DNA of 64,000 bases, taken from the IMG/VR virus record IMGVR_UViG_3300020147_000009, positions 530 to 64,529 of that record; one strand, given 5' to 3'. Of the stretch, positions 54,082 to 63,340 are shown in pieces (positions within the stretch are counted from its first letter, which is position 1; the number at the start of each line of letters is the position of its first letter). The notes beneath the pieces are model-generated. The model was not told the origin of the DNA. It was given only the letters and a program-made list of their open reading frames with translations, and made no database searches. Position numbers and translations under genes: made by a program. This DNA comes from a virus.

Positions 54082-54561
54082 CTAAAGTTCAAACGTCTTG
54101 TTTAATTCAAAATCATCCTGAGGGCCCGACTTATTTATAATTTCAATAACTGATTCTATTAAATCTTCAGGCACAACAAGGTCATTCTCAATAATTTGTG
54201 CTAATTGCCCAAATGTCATGCCATTGTCATTCAGAATTGTTATACCAACAGAAGAACCTTTGTAAATTCCCGATTCAATTTTAACTATAAGATTTTGAAA
54301 CCTATTGCCAGTGGTTTCAAATCCTAGATGTTTAGCTATTGCAATTGGTAATGTTCCACCTTGGCCGTCATAAGAAACCATGTCGGAATTTTCATTTTCA
54401 ACTTTTATTACATCACACTTAGGATAGAATAAGTCACAGGCTACACCAAGACAACAAAACTCTTCGGAATCATCCGGCAACTTTGTGTGAAGGGTTCCAG
54501 TGCCTTGTTTATATTTTCCTGAGCGAAGTGCTTCTACCCATTCTTTCCTAGCTTTATTCAT
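54082..54561 (-). CDS. hypothetical protein (159 aa)
   Basis: ORF. Confidence 0.5.
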   Translation of the reverse strand: MNKARKEWVEALRSGKYKQGTGTLHTKLPDDSEEFCCLGVACDLFYPKCDVIKVENENSDMVSYDGQGGTLPIAIAKHLGFETTGNRFQNLIVKIESGIYKGSSVGITILNDNGMTFGQLAQIIENDLVVPEDLIESVIEIINKSGPQDDFELNKTFEL

Positions 54562-55898
54562 AATGTATCTGCCTCAGTCTTATCGAAACGAACTTCAACG
54601 AATACCGGTAAGAACAGGCTAGTGCTACCATCAGAAGCCTTAATGATTTCATTATACTTGATAGCGGCAATCTTACCGATTGGCTTATTTTCCCAGTATT
54701 CTTTACGTTGTGCGTCAGAAATACCAGTTCCTACGTTAACTTTGACTTTACCGTCTGCTGATTCACAACAGAAGGCACCAACCATACCTTCATATTTACC
54801 TCTACCTTCTTCGACTCCAGTAATCAGAAGGTCACATTCCAATTCAGCTTTAAATTTAATCAAAGACTTAGAACGCTTATCTTCCCAAGGAGCATTGATA
54901 TCCTTCAAAATGATACCTTCGTATCCTTCAGATAAGTATCTACGGAACTCAACCTGAGCTTCTTCAAGGTTCTGGACTTCTTTAGTCTCTATTACTTGAA
55001 TTGTTATATTGTCAGTTGTTGCCAATTTCAACTCAGAAAATCTCATTCCATATGGAAGTTGGAAATATCCAGATTGGAATTTGTTATATGGAATCCAATC
55101 CCAAATTACAAAGTAGACTCGTTTAGCTTCTTCTGGAGAAATTGTTCCACGGTTCGCCTTTGTTAGAATACCATTACCTTCCTTACGAGTCATTGGCTTA
55201 GTGAAGTCTTCATTCCAAACCATTAGTTCTCCATCGATGACAATACCATTACCATCATCATGAGCAAAACTTAAAGTATCGTTTGAACCGATAAGAGTAT
55301 ATAAAGCGTGGTCCAATTTACCTAAAATATCCAGTGGTTTTCCGCTTCGAGCAAAAAAATCAACTTGTCCGTTGTTGATGACTGCGTTACAGCGCATCCC
55401 ATCAGATTTCAGTTGAGCATAGGCTGGCCACTTCAGCTTGTTAATAAGCTTCTCATGATACCCTGAAGCAAGCATGCACGGCCATTCAGGAATCAAATCA
55501 GGCCAAATCTTATTAACTGTAGAGATTGATACTCCACAATCTAAATCCTTAGCAATGATGAGTTTAATAACTTCAGCATCAGCTGAATGTACTGATGATA
55601 AAATTTTACGCAGATGTTCGACACCTGCGTTTCCTGTTAATTCACGCCTTGACAGTCTTTCAAGCTCATTGATTGCCAGCTCTAATGATAGCGGCTTTTC
55701 AGGTGAGACAAATCCTGGAATATTATGGGCGTATTCAGGAATTTTCCGAATATAATATTGTTTGAGAGGATTCAGTGCAGCCTTGAAGACTTTCTGTAGA
55801 AGGTCATCGCTTGCAAAATCCTTTTCCCTCTTAAGAACACCCTCTTTAAAGAGACGAGAATTATCCGTACGAAGTTCTTGAATAATATTGTATATCAT
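54558..55898 (-). CDS. 30: ATP-dependent DNA ligase (T4 gp30-like)
   Basis: Motif I QLKSDGMR, motif IV EGIILKD, OB-domain motifs; 446 aa. Confidence 0.85.
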   Translation of the reverse strand: MIYNIIQELRTDNSRLFKEGVLKREKDFASDDLLQKVFKAALNPLKQYYIRKIPEYAHNIPGFVSPEKPLSLELAINELERLSRRELTGNAGVEHLRKILSSVHSADAEVIKLIIAKDLDCGVSISTVNKIWPDLIPEWPCMLASGYHEKLINKLKWPAYAQLKSDGMRCNAVINNGQVDFFARSGKPLDILGKLDHALYTLIGSNDTLSFAHDDGNGIVIDGELMVWNEDFTKPMTRKEGNGILTKANRGTISPEEAKRVYFVIWDWIPYNKFQSGYFQLPYGMRFSELKLATTDNITIQVIETKEVQNLEEAQVEFRRYLSEGYEGIILKDINAPWEDKRSKSLIKFKAELECDLLITGVEEGRGKYEGMVGAFCCESADGKVKVNVGTGISDAQRKEYWENKPIGKIAAIKYNEIIKASDGSTSLFLPVFVEVRFDKTEADTL

Positions 55899-56266
55899 TT
55901 AACTTCTCCAGTAAAAAAGGGGATTAAGAATATTGTTTTTCCTGTCAAATGGTTGACGTCACCATTAGCCCCGTCCCAAGATACTACACCCTTCTGATTG
56001 AGCCTATACAAAATAATATCACCAAAATGTTTTGCTTCAAATAAGCTCAAATCAGGAATGTTATTTCGACAAACTTTCATGAATGCTACAAGTTCTCCCT
56101 TGAGAATATGAGCCTTAGCTTCATCCATCCAAGTATCTCCATTAACAATCATGTTCATAGAGATGAAAATTTCTGGATGAGACTTAGCAAGCTGTACGGC
56201 TATCGCATTACCATTAAAATCACCTGAAGAAAGAATGTCAATTACTTTGTTTGTGACCATGTTCAT
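55895..56266 (-). CDS. hypothetical protein (123 aa)
   Basis: ORF. Confidence 0.5.
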   Translation of the reverse strand: MNMVTNKVIDILSSGDFNGNAIAVQLAKSHPEIFISMNMIVNGDTWMDEAKAHILKGELVAFMKVCRNNIPDLSLFEAKHFGDIILYRLNQKGVVSWDGANGDVNHLTGKTIFLIPFFTGEVK

Positions 56267-56274
56267 AATATATC

Positions 56275-56547
56275 CTAATAGTTGGTTAGGAGAGCATACA
56301 GAAAGAATAACAATGCTATGATTGTTATTACATAGAGAACCCAGTTGTTTTTTACTTCTTCTTTAAAGAAACTTTTCTTTATTTCTGGTTTTAGTTGATT
56401 TTTAAATCTCTGTCGAGCAACTTTACCTGCCATCTTAAGACCAAAATTTGAATGAACAGTAGCAAATGAAATTACACCAATAAGACCATCTAAAAGATAT
56501 AACCAATAGAAAGCCCAACGAAAAAACCAAAGTTTGATGTGTTTCAT
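56275..56547 (-). CDS. small membrane protein (2 TM)
   Basis: ORF with two hydrophobic helices; early promoter motif upstream (56594..56618 region). Confidence 0.45.
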   Translation of the reverse strand: MKHIKLWFFRWAFYWLYLLDGLIGVISFATVHSNFGLKMAGKVARQRFKNQLKPEIKKSFFKEEVKNNWVLYVITIIALLFFLYALLTNY

Positions 56548-56606
56548 AATAAATTCCTACTCAATTAATGTAAGATAATTATAACAAATTCATGAATTAA
56601 AGTACA

Positions 56607-56783
56607 TCAAAATAAAATAAATTTGATTGCTGCTATTAGCAATATTAAGAAGAAAAAGAATTTTAACCAAAAATATATGAGCAATGCTCTATAAGTATTG
56701 AGGATATTACACTCCTCAGGTGTTCTTTCTTCTGCTGGCTTAGCCTTAATAATTTTTATGATTACTTCTTGGAGAGTTGACAT
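56607..56783 (-). CDS. small tail-anchored membrane protein (58 aa), not in ORF track
   Basis: ATG 56781-56783 one nt after upstream stop; C-terminal ALLIYFWLKFFFFLILLIAAIKFILF. Confidence 0.3.
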   Translation of the reverse strand: MSTLQEVIIKIIKAKPAEERTPEECNILNTYRALLIYFWLKFFFFLILLIAAIKFILF

Positions 56784-56784
56784 G

Positions 56785-57120
56785 TTACTTCCACCTTGTG
56801 CTGTCTTGGATTTCTTGCTCAGTAAATGCGCCGCCCGACTTATCTGGGTTAAGTTCCCAATTTGTGTCAGTTACCTTTTGTTCAACGCTTTGGATTTTAC
56901 GTTTATTATACTCAAAGAAACCATTTAGGATATCTTCAATAGGCCAGCGACATTTAATAATTTGTCCTCTAGAATCAATAACTACAACAGCACATTGTGT
57001 GAGTTTTAAGTCTCCCATGGACTCGTTGTCTTTGAATCGGTCATAATCATCTAGATGATTATAATGTTCTTCTTCAATATAGAAGTTTTTATTGTTTCGT
57101 GTGATTTTCTTTATAGACAT
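56785..57120 (-). CDS. hypothetical protein (111 aa)
   Basis: ORF. Confidence 0.5.
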   Translation of the reverse strand: MSIKKITRNNKNFYIEEEHYNHLDDYDRFKDNESMGDLKLTQCAVVVIDSRGQIIKCRWPIEDILNGFFEYNKRKIQSVEQKVTDTNWELNPDKSGGAFTEQEIQDSTRWK

Positions 57121-57413
57121 TATAATCCAATTCTTTCTACTTTCAGATTTTGTTTCATTACTTCTGCTCGGGCCCGACGTTTCTCATGAGCAATTTTCCA
57201 AGCATCTTCACTAAGAACACACCAATTAGTGAAATTATAAGATATGTCAGAATGCGCGATTCTTCCAAATTTGATAAAACCAGATTCATTCCACCGTCTG
57301 GCAATATCAAAATCTTCTTGATTCATTCTGCGCCCGTCGATTTTACCACCATAATCTACTTCAACAGTTTCAAGATATAAAAGAAGACTAATTTCAGCTC
57401 TTGTCATTTCCAT
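57120..57413 (-). CDS. hypothetical protein (97 aa)
   Basis: ORF. Confidence 0.45.
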   Translation of the reverse strand: MEMTRAEISLLLYLETVEVDYGGKIDGRRMNQEDFDIARRWNESGFIKFGRIAHSDISYNFTNWCVLSEDAWKIAHEKRRARAEVMKQNLKVERIGL

Positions 57414-57649
57414 TATTTCTTCTCCTCAAATCGGCTTGTTCTTAATGTTAAACTTTCAAGTATTCCTAAGGAAGAAACTTTCATATTCCTAGCAGCGAAC
57501 CCAAACCCAGCATCCCAGTTATTCGGATGCCTCCACCTGAGCAAGTTCCAAGGTTTCATCTTTATACTGACTATCTGACAGTCACTAGTTACTATGACGG
57601 AAGGTCCGAGGAGTTTGTCAACTCGCTTTAACATTTCATCACCCCTCAT
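57413..57649 (-). CDS. hypothetical protein (78 aa from internal ATG; ATGA overlap with upstream gene)
   Basis: ORF track 57413..57703; start at 57647-57649 avoids 58-nt overlap. Confidence 0.4.
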   Translation of the reverse strand: MRGDEMLKRVDKLLGPSVIVTSDCQIVSIKMKPWNLLRWRHPNNWDAGFGFAARNMKVSSLGILESLTLRTSRFEEKK

Positions 57650-58377
57650 GACTTCTTCCCATTCAGTGTGTGGGAGACGATGGCTCTTAAGTCTGCCTCC
57701 CAATGCTCTATCCGTCTAGACATTGGTGTTTCAGCACGGTAGTTATATCCTTTAAGAACACACCCAAAGACAATCTCTTCCAGCTCATCCCGCGTCATCG
57801 TCACCATATCGGTGGAGGCTTTGTTGGCTTTTTCCGCCCTGTAACGTAAGATGATAGAGTGAAGTATGTCTATATCTTCTGCTAGATAAGGTGGCTCTTC
57901 CCCATTTGAGTTATCCCATTGCTGGACGAGGGCGTTTGCTGCTTCTATAAGATGCTTATATTCATCCTGTGGTATCGTTACTGTATCGGTGGGACGCTTG
58001 AGAACTTCTAGTTTCCTGAGATAAGGCTCAGGTATTTTCCCTTTCAATGCTTCGATTGTTGCATCTATCCCTTGATTAAAGCTGGCGTCATCGCTGATGG
58101 GTTGGGTGAAAAGAATGCGCTTGCTATCCAAACTACTGCCATACTCGATTTTGCTAACATCCTTCCATTTCCCGGTAGGCATCCAAGTGTTAGAATCACG
58201 CACCCATACTTGATACACCGGCACACCCTGCTGCTGTGGGGCGGCTGCTAGCATGGCTTTGTAGTGGTCTCTTGATGAGAAAATATCATCCCAATTTTCT
58301 TTGAAGTATTTCTTACCTGCCTCAATCATTTCTTCCGTCGGCTCTACTGGCACTAACTGATTAGTTTGCAATGTCAT
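57646..58377 (-). CDS. hypothetical protein (243 aa) in GC-rich island
   Basis: ORF; local GC visibly higher (~45-50%) than flanking ~33%. Confidence 0.55.
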   Translation of the reverse strand: MTLQTNQLVPVEPTEEMIEAGKKYFKENWDDIFSSRDHYKAMLAAAPQQQGVPVYQVWVRDSNTWMPTGKWKDVSKIEYGSSLDSKRILFTQPISDDASFNQGIDATIEALKGKIPEPYLRKLEVLKRPTDTVTIPQDEYKHLIEAANALVQQWDNSNGEEPPYLAEDIDILHSIILRYRAEKANKASTDMVTMTRDELEEIVFGCVLKGYNYRAETPMSRRIEHWEADLRAIVSHTLNGKKS

Positions 58378-58391
58378 GATTTACTGAATCC

Positions 58392-58739
58392 TTATTTATA
58401 TACGATATGGAATTCTTTGTAGCTACCAATACCAGGTTCGCTGTAGAAAGCTGAATCATCAACTGGTTCCTTAATGAAACGAGAAGTTCCATCGTTCATT
58501 ATCCAAAGGTAACCAAATGGAGCAGTTTTCTTTTTAGCTTCCTGCCAAGCCCACCAAGCGACATTTAGACTGTCTTCTACATATGAACCATCATCTTTCC
58601 TAGCCATCCATTCGTCTTTCGGTTTTGCGGCGCAGTCAGCAAATTGTTTGCTTGGATTAAATGATATAGAAGACATGAAGTACTTCATGTAAGCAGCTTC
58701 TTCAAACTCTTTTCTCATTTCAATATTTTCAGAACTCAT
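58392..58739 (-). CDS. hypothetical protein (115 aa)
   Basis: ORF. Confidence 0.5.
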   Translation of the reverse strand: MSSENIEMRKEFEEAAYMKYFMSSISFNPSKQFADCAAKPKDEWMARKDDGSYVEDSLNVAWWAWQEAKKKTAPFGYLWIMNDGTSRFIKEPVDDSAFYSEPGIGSYKEFHIVYK

Positions 58740-59089
58740 ATTATTTCAACCTTGAAGAAATTTTTCAAATTATTTAAAAATATTAAAATCTTGCTAGGCT
58801 TTGGAGGCCAGTAATCTATGCGAACAGTAATGGAACCATCATCGTTAAGATACACCTTCTTTACTGGGGCATCTGTTGTTCCAGTAATTCCGTTCTCAAT
58901 ACAATAGAATTCAGCGTTTATAACAGGAATACTCTTTTGTTGTTCTTCTTCTGTATTGACGATTTCTATTGCTGTATATAGAAGATTTTTCATCTCTTTT
59001 GGGATTTGTATTCCGTCATCAATTGCTTTGTTATGATGCCAAGCGAGAGAATCAATGACAGACTTCATAGATGGTAAATTACGTGACAT
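58736..59089 (-). CDS. hypothetical protein (117 aa)
   Basis: ORF. Confidence 0.5.
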   Translation of the reverse strand: MSRNLPSMKSVIDSLAWHHNKAIDDGIQIPKEMKNLLYTAIEIVNTEEEQQKSIPVINAEFYCIENGITGTTDAPVKKVYLNDDGSITVRIDYWPPKPSKILIFLNNLKNFFKVEII

Positions 59090-59118
59090 TTTCTTCTTCC
59101 TTATTAAGTGACTTCATT

Positions 59119-59379
59119 TCAGAACTTTTTCCTGTTACGTGAGACAGAATCGACCGATGTTTGTTCAAGAAGCCTTTCTTTTTGAGCCGTTTCAAATACA
59201 TGGCCACACTTACTACATTGAATAAAACAATGAACATCACGTCTATCAATGTACAATTCTTTACCAGCCATTTTTGGTTGAATTTCTGGTGTAACCTTTG
59301 ATGCATGCCACCGACTGACAAAAAGAGTTTTATGTTTACAGAATAACTTAAGCATAGCTTGCATCCTTCTTTCGAGCAT
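59119..59379 (-). CDS. small zinc-ribbon protein (86 aa); alternative overlapping frame 59079..59321 less likely
   Basis: CFIQCSKCGH cysteine cluster; two overlapping ORFs in track, this one more protein-like. Confidence 0.35.
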   Translation of the reverse strand: MLERRMQAMLKLFCKHKTLFVSRWHASKVTPEIQPKMAGKELYIDRRDVHCFIQCSKCGHVFETAQKERLLEQTSVDSVSRNRKKF

Positions 59380-59617
59380 CTATCCCAGCTTTGTAATAAG
59401 CATAGGAAAGAGTATTTTTCATTGTAGAATCGAATTTGAACATGCCTTGATTTTTACCATCATAGCCTGCCCAGAAGAAAGTAGCGAATGTACTGCCAAG
59501 GTCCGGAGATTGACGTCGCTCTCCGTTTATGAAAAGATTCTGATGCTTAGTATCAAATGCAAACATACTTGCATTATACTCAGCTCGAAGTATTGAATTC
59601 TTGAATCGATTTGCCAT
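59348..59617 (-). CDS. hypothetical protein (89 aa)
   Basis: ORF. Confidence 0.45.
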   Translation of the reverse strand: MANRFKNSILRAEYNASMFAFDTKHQNLFINGERRQSPDLGSTFATFFWAGYDGKNQGMFKFDSTMKNTLSYAYYKAGIDARKKDASYA

Positions 59618-59678
59618 AATATAATTCCTTCTTCACAATATGATTAATTATAAATTAAATAGATTTAAAAGTAAACCA

Positions 59679-60230
59679 TTAAATTCCATATTTCATCATA
59701 AATGCGTCGTAGGCTACATCATGGCAAGGGTCATGTTTGACAACGATATTCTTATCAAAATTTGGAATATCGCAGTAAGAATAGTTGGAGGTGTCCTTCA
59801 TCAGATCAATGAAGGTTCTAACATCACGGTACATGTACCATGGAGCCCACTTATCAACCTTAGCCGCTTCAGCTAAAGAATCTATTGCTAGGTTATCCAA
59901 GGCACCACGAATCCAGATGGTGTGGTTCTTCTTATAGTTAGAACGAAGGAGTTCTAATCCATATTCAACAGAAACATCGGAAATTCTTGGAATAAAACTT
60001 TTTGCTTTTACTTCAGAAGACTGTTGCATCCACCATTCTACGGTAGACTTTGTCTTAGTTCTACCAAGTTTTTGAATTTGTTCCATCACATCAAACTTAA
60101 CAAATACTGTCTTTTCAAGAAGTTCTTCGTAAGTGAAGTCCTTATCGAAGTCAACCTCAAGGAGAGATGCTGATAAAACTACCGTATTGGATTCAATTCC
60201 AAGAGTCTCAATATCAAATAGAAAACTCAT
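59679..60230 (-). CDS. dexA: DEDD-family 3'-5' exonuclease (T4 DexA-like)
   Basis: Exo I motif FDIETLG, Exo III HDPCHDVAYD. Confidence 0.7.
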   Translation of the reverse strand: MSFLFDIETLGIESNTVVLSASLLEVDFDKDFTYEELLEKTVFVKFDVMEQIQKLGRTKTKSTVEWWMQQSSEVKAKSFIPRISDVSVEYGLELLRSNYKKNHTIWIRGALDNLAIDSLAEAAKVDKWAPWYMYRDVRTFIDLMKDTSNYSYCDIPNFDKNIVVKHDPCHDVAYDAFMMKYGI

Positions 60231-60424
60231 TTACGAACAGTCTTAGTATCAGTCATCGTGAAGTAGGCAACAGGCTCATTAACCCATCTTGATATAGATT
60301 CAATAATCAAAGTATGTTGACCTTTAGTGCCAATAACTTTTCCTCTGATTAAACCCTTCAAGTATGGTGGGTTGAATGCTACTTCATCACCTATTTTAAT
60401 ATCTTTTCCGAAAATATCTTTCAT
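60227..60424 (-). CDS. hypothetical protein (65 aa)
   Basis: ORF. Confidence 0.4.
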   Translation of the reverse strand: MKDIFGKDIKIGDEVAFNPPYLKGLIRGKVIGTKGQHTLIIESISRWVNEPVAYFTMTDTKTVRK

Positions 60425-60849
60425 TTTGCTAAACTATACCTATCTATAATTTGTTTCAACTCTTGTCTATGCCAATATTCAGGATTTTTAACTTCATTTC
60501 CTGTTTCATCTTCTACGAAGTTATACACATTATATGGTAGAATGATTCCACAGCACGTTACTGCACCATTCAGTGAAATTGAGTCCTCACGGAAGATAGC
60601 CCTAGGATATCTATTTTCAATATCAATAGAAACCAATTCATTGTATATGTTTTCAACAGACTCTGAATTTCCACCATTAAGGACTATTATTGTCTTATGG
60701 TCTCTTGCCCATTTTTCCAGAGTGAATCGTAAATCATAAATTGAGCGTTGGGCCTTGGTGTTCAAGTACATTTCAGCCAAGACATGAGCAGACTGAATTC
60801 CTTGCTGAATTGAGCTCAAGTAATAATTACAAAAGAAGTATGCTCTCAT
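60421..60849 (-). CDS. hypothetical protein (142 aa)
   Basis: ORF. Confidence 0.5.
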   Translation of the reverse strand: MRAYFFCNYYLSSIQQGIQSAHVLAEMYLNTKAQRSIYDLRFTLEKWARDHKTIIVLNGGNSESVENIYNELVSIDIENRYPRAIFREDSISLNGAVTCCGIILPYNVYNFVEDETGNEVKNPEYWHRQELKQIIDRYSLAK

Positions 60850-61130
60850 CGTTCGTCCGATGTATAATATTTTCCGGATGAATGGGAACCAGTTTCAGAA
60901 ATACCAATTCCGCTAATTCCAATATATTCGATACCTGTTTTTGTGTCAGTAATCAAATAAATTCCTCTTCTTCCTCCATAGGCTAGATTGTCTCTAACAG
61001 AATTAATTCTTTCAACAATAATTCTATTATTCGATAATCCAACTGTTTGTTCAGTTTTCATGTCATCGGCCACTTTGACTCCGCAACCAAACAGAAACAA
61101 ACTGGTAATTAAAACTAACAACTTCTTCAT
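60846..61130 (-). CDS. lipoprotein (lipobox LFLFGCG)
   Basis: Signal peptide + Cys lipobox. Confidence 0.5.
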   Translation of the reverse strand: MKKLLVLITSLFLFGCGVKVADDMKTEQTVGLSNNRIIVERINSVRDNLAYGGRRGIYLITDTKTGIEYIGISGIGISETGSHSSGKYYTSDER

Positions 61131-61555
61131 GACAAAAGTCCTTTCTTTTCTTCAGGGTAAATAATGATAATTGGCTTCTTTTTCTTACGAGCGTATCTTA
61201 CGGTAGCCCAAGTTCCACTTCTGATAACTTCTTCCATTTCCTTTGGTGTAGCTATAAGAACATCACAAGCATCTACGATATCTCTATTTCTTGATAGATA
61301 TGGTTTCCTTGGCAATTCTTCATGGTTACCATAAATTTTAGCTTCAGCTACAGTGTTTATAGGAGGATGGATGATTATCTTACAATCTTTCCGAAAAGCA
61401 GAAATAATTCCATGAGCCTCAGCATCAGCACCAATACATTTCCCATGATGGAATTGATGCATCTCAATATCTTTAATTAATCGAATGAATTCCTTTGCTT
61501 GTTTAGGATTCATTCCATTCTTGGTTCCAGTAAAACCAACTGAATATGACTTCAT
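61127..61555 (-). CDS. SLOG/LOG/DprA-like Rossmann-fold protein
   Basis: GFTGTKNG...IGADAEAHG...EEVIRSGTWATVRYARKKKKPIIII resembles the DprA/LOG-type Rossmann signature. Confidence 0.45.
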   Translation of the reverse strand: MKSYSVGFTGTKNGMNPKQAKEFIRLIKDIEMHQFHHGKCIGADAEAHGIISAFRKDCKIIIHPPINTVAEAKIYGNHEELPRKPYLSRNRDIVDACDVLIATPKEMEEVIRSGTWATVRYARKKKKPIIIIYPEEKKGLLS

Positions 61556-61707
61556 TAATAAACTTCTTCATATGTTACATCATCAAATCCAAGATATTTG
61601 AATAACTCAACCATCTCAGATTTATTATCTTCATGATGATATCTAAATCTCTTATCATCAACTACTATAGATAAACAGTCACATTCTTCTTGAACAATTA
61701 TTTTCAT
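61555..61707 (-). CDS. small acidic protein (50 aa), not in ORF track
   Basis: ATG 61705-61707 overlaps upstream stop (TAATG) and its own stop overlaps downstream ATG (TAATG); MKIIVQEECDCLSIVVDDKRFRYHHEDNKSEMVELFKYLGFDDVTYEEVY. Confidence 0.35.
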   Translation of the reverse strand: MKIIVQEECDCLSIVVDDKRFRYHHEDNKSEMVELFKYLGFDDVTYEEVY

Positions 61708-61979
61708 TAGTAGAGATTCTCTGAAAACAAACCTTCTCCATCAGGACCGTCTGCTCCAACTCTTCGAAAGATTTGATTGTTCTTCTCAGCTACAAACCAA
61801 GCTTCCATACGGGTAAGGAAATTTCCTTGGTCATCAACGAAACCTTGAACTACATTAGCCCCGGAAAATTTAATTCCTCTTTCATCAAGAAGTTCCATTT
61901 GAGTTCGCATCATTGGGTCATAGTGTCTCTTACCAAGAACTACGATGTTACCACATTTACAAGCTGCACAGACTATCAT
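61707..61979 (-). CDS. hypothetical protein (90 aa)
   Basis: ORF. Confidence 0.45.
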   Translation of the reverse strand: MIVCAACKCGNIVVLGKRHYDPMMRTQMELLDERGIKFSGANVVQGFVDDQGNFLTRMEAWFVAEKNNQIFRRVGADGPDGEGLFSENLY

Positions 61980-62260
61980 GCTAGTTTATAGATTCTCTTA
62001 AGGAAAAGATTTGATTTTACAATAGTATCAATATACTTACCTTCTCCAAGGGAACTGTTCCATTTCCAAACTTGGGCAGGCCATTCAATCTTCACTGACT
62101 CAACTTCACCCTTTTCGTTGTAATTGGCTCCAAGATATGTTGCTTCTCTTGTACTGACGTAATGACCATATCCAGAAGCGATAGCCATTACTTTATCACC
62201 AACGTTAATTGTTTGATTGAACTTATTAACGAAAGATACAGCTTTAAAAGTGCTAGACAT
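61976..62260 (-). CDS. hypothetical protein (94 aa)
   Basis: ORF. Confidence 0.45.
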   Translation of the reverse strand: MSSTFKAVSFVNKFNQTINVGDKVMAIASGYGHYVSTREATYLGANYNEKGEVESVKIEWPAQVWKWNSSLGEGKYIDTIVKSNLFLKRIYKLA

Positions 62261-62519
62261 TATTCATCCTTTTTGCTATTTGCTTCAAAATAAGGTATCC
62301 AAGAAGGTCGTTCTCAACATCCTCGTCTTCATCAGCTTGTTGATTTCTAATTCTTGAAAGTTTGTCGTCGATTCTGACGTTGATTTGAGCGAGAGCGTCC
62401 TGCTTCGCGAAGATTTGAATCGGAGCGATTGCTGAATTGCCATACTTACGATTCTTGCTTTTCAGCAAGTCTCCGATTTCAGTTAGTATTGTGTTAAGGT
62501 GGGTTTCAAATTCTGACAT
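62253..62519 (-). CDS. hypothetical protein (88 aa)
   Basis: ORF. Confidence 0.45.
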   Translation of the reverse strand: MSEFETHLNTILTEIGDLLKSKNRKYGNSAIAPIQIFAKQDALAQINVRIDDKLSRIRNQQADEDEDVENDLLGYLILKQIAKRMNNV

Positions 62520-62680
62520 TAATACTCTGTTCTTTTGTGTTTGATTAAATTACATGTGTAGCATGTTCGGTACTGGACCACATATTTTCCAATAGTCTTG
62601 TGTCCATCTCTTATATCTCCAGCGCCATGCAGATGCCATGGACCCCAATTGTGGAAAATATGTGGAAATTTTAATTTCAT
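62519..62680 (-). CDS. small His/Trp-rich protein (53 aa), not in ORF track
   Basis: ATG 62678-62680 overlaps upstream TGA (ATGA); stop overlaps downstream ATG (TAATG); MKLKFPHIFHNWGPWHLHGAGDIRDGHKTIGKYVVQYRTCYTCNLIKHKRTEY. Confidence 0.3.
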   Translation of the reverse strand: MKLKFPHIFHNWGPWHLHGAGDIRDGHKTIGKYVVQYRTCYTCNLIKHKRTEY

Positions 62681-62925
62681 GCTATCAATTCTTCTACATT
62701 GTTAACATGAAATTCTTTTTCAGACGGGACTTCAAGTTGCTTTGCACCAATTAGATGCCGAGCAAGCTTATCCCTCATCATTGTTGGAATGTCTTCATAT
62801 GGGGCTTCAAGAATGAATGGACAACCAGGAGAACCCCATTCTTGTGATTCAAAGAATCTCCTTGCGAGAAACTTATGAACAGGGTTGGCAGGATTGAATT
62901 CGTTCTTTTGTTTTCCTACAAGCAT
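62677..62925 (-). CDS. hypothetical protein (82 aa)
   Basis: ORF. Confidence 0.45.
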   Translation of the reverse strand: MLVGKQKNEFNPANPVHKFLARRFFESQEWGSPGCPFILEAPYEDIPTMMRDKLARHLIGAKQLEVPSEKEFHVNNVEELIA

Positions 62926-62989
62926 AATATAACTCCAATAATATAAGGAAATAATATTGTAAATTTATTTCAATAAAAAGTAAACTATT

Positions 62990-63340
62990 TTAACAAATAA
63001 TATCTGGTCTTTTGTAATTAGGAGGAATAGACCATTTACCAGGATGGTCAGGATTCGAATTATCCCAAGGTTCGAATGGACGAGTAATCGGGTCTCCAGT
63101 TCTTCCAGAATCCCTAATAATTCTGATTAATTCTTCAAGGTATGATGGAACCTCAGGTACTGGATTATCAACAAATGGACCATTATCTTTTGGATGTGTT
63201 ATAGGTGATTCAATAAAAACTAAATCAAGATGTCTCTTAATCATTTCTAATGTTTCTTGTGTTGCACCTTCTCTATGGTCAATTGTTTGGTTAAGTTCAA
63301 ACCAACCTTGTAACCAATAGCAAAAATTTTCTGGCGTCAT
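62990..63340 (-). CDS. hypothetical protein (116 aa)
   Basis: ORF. Confidence 0.5.
   Translation of the reverse strand: MTPENFCYWLQGWFELNQTIDHREGATQETLEMIKRHLDLVFIESPITHPKDNGPFVDNPVPEVPSYLEELIRIIRDSGRTGDPITRPFEPWDNSNPDHPGKWSIPPNYKRPDIIC

Noticed and set aside
59079-59321. 80-aa ORF overlapping 59119..59379 in a different frame
   Set aside because: Only one of the two can be real. The zinc-ribbon frame (59119..59379) looks more protein-like. Kept as an alternative in the feature note.
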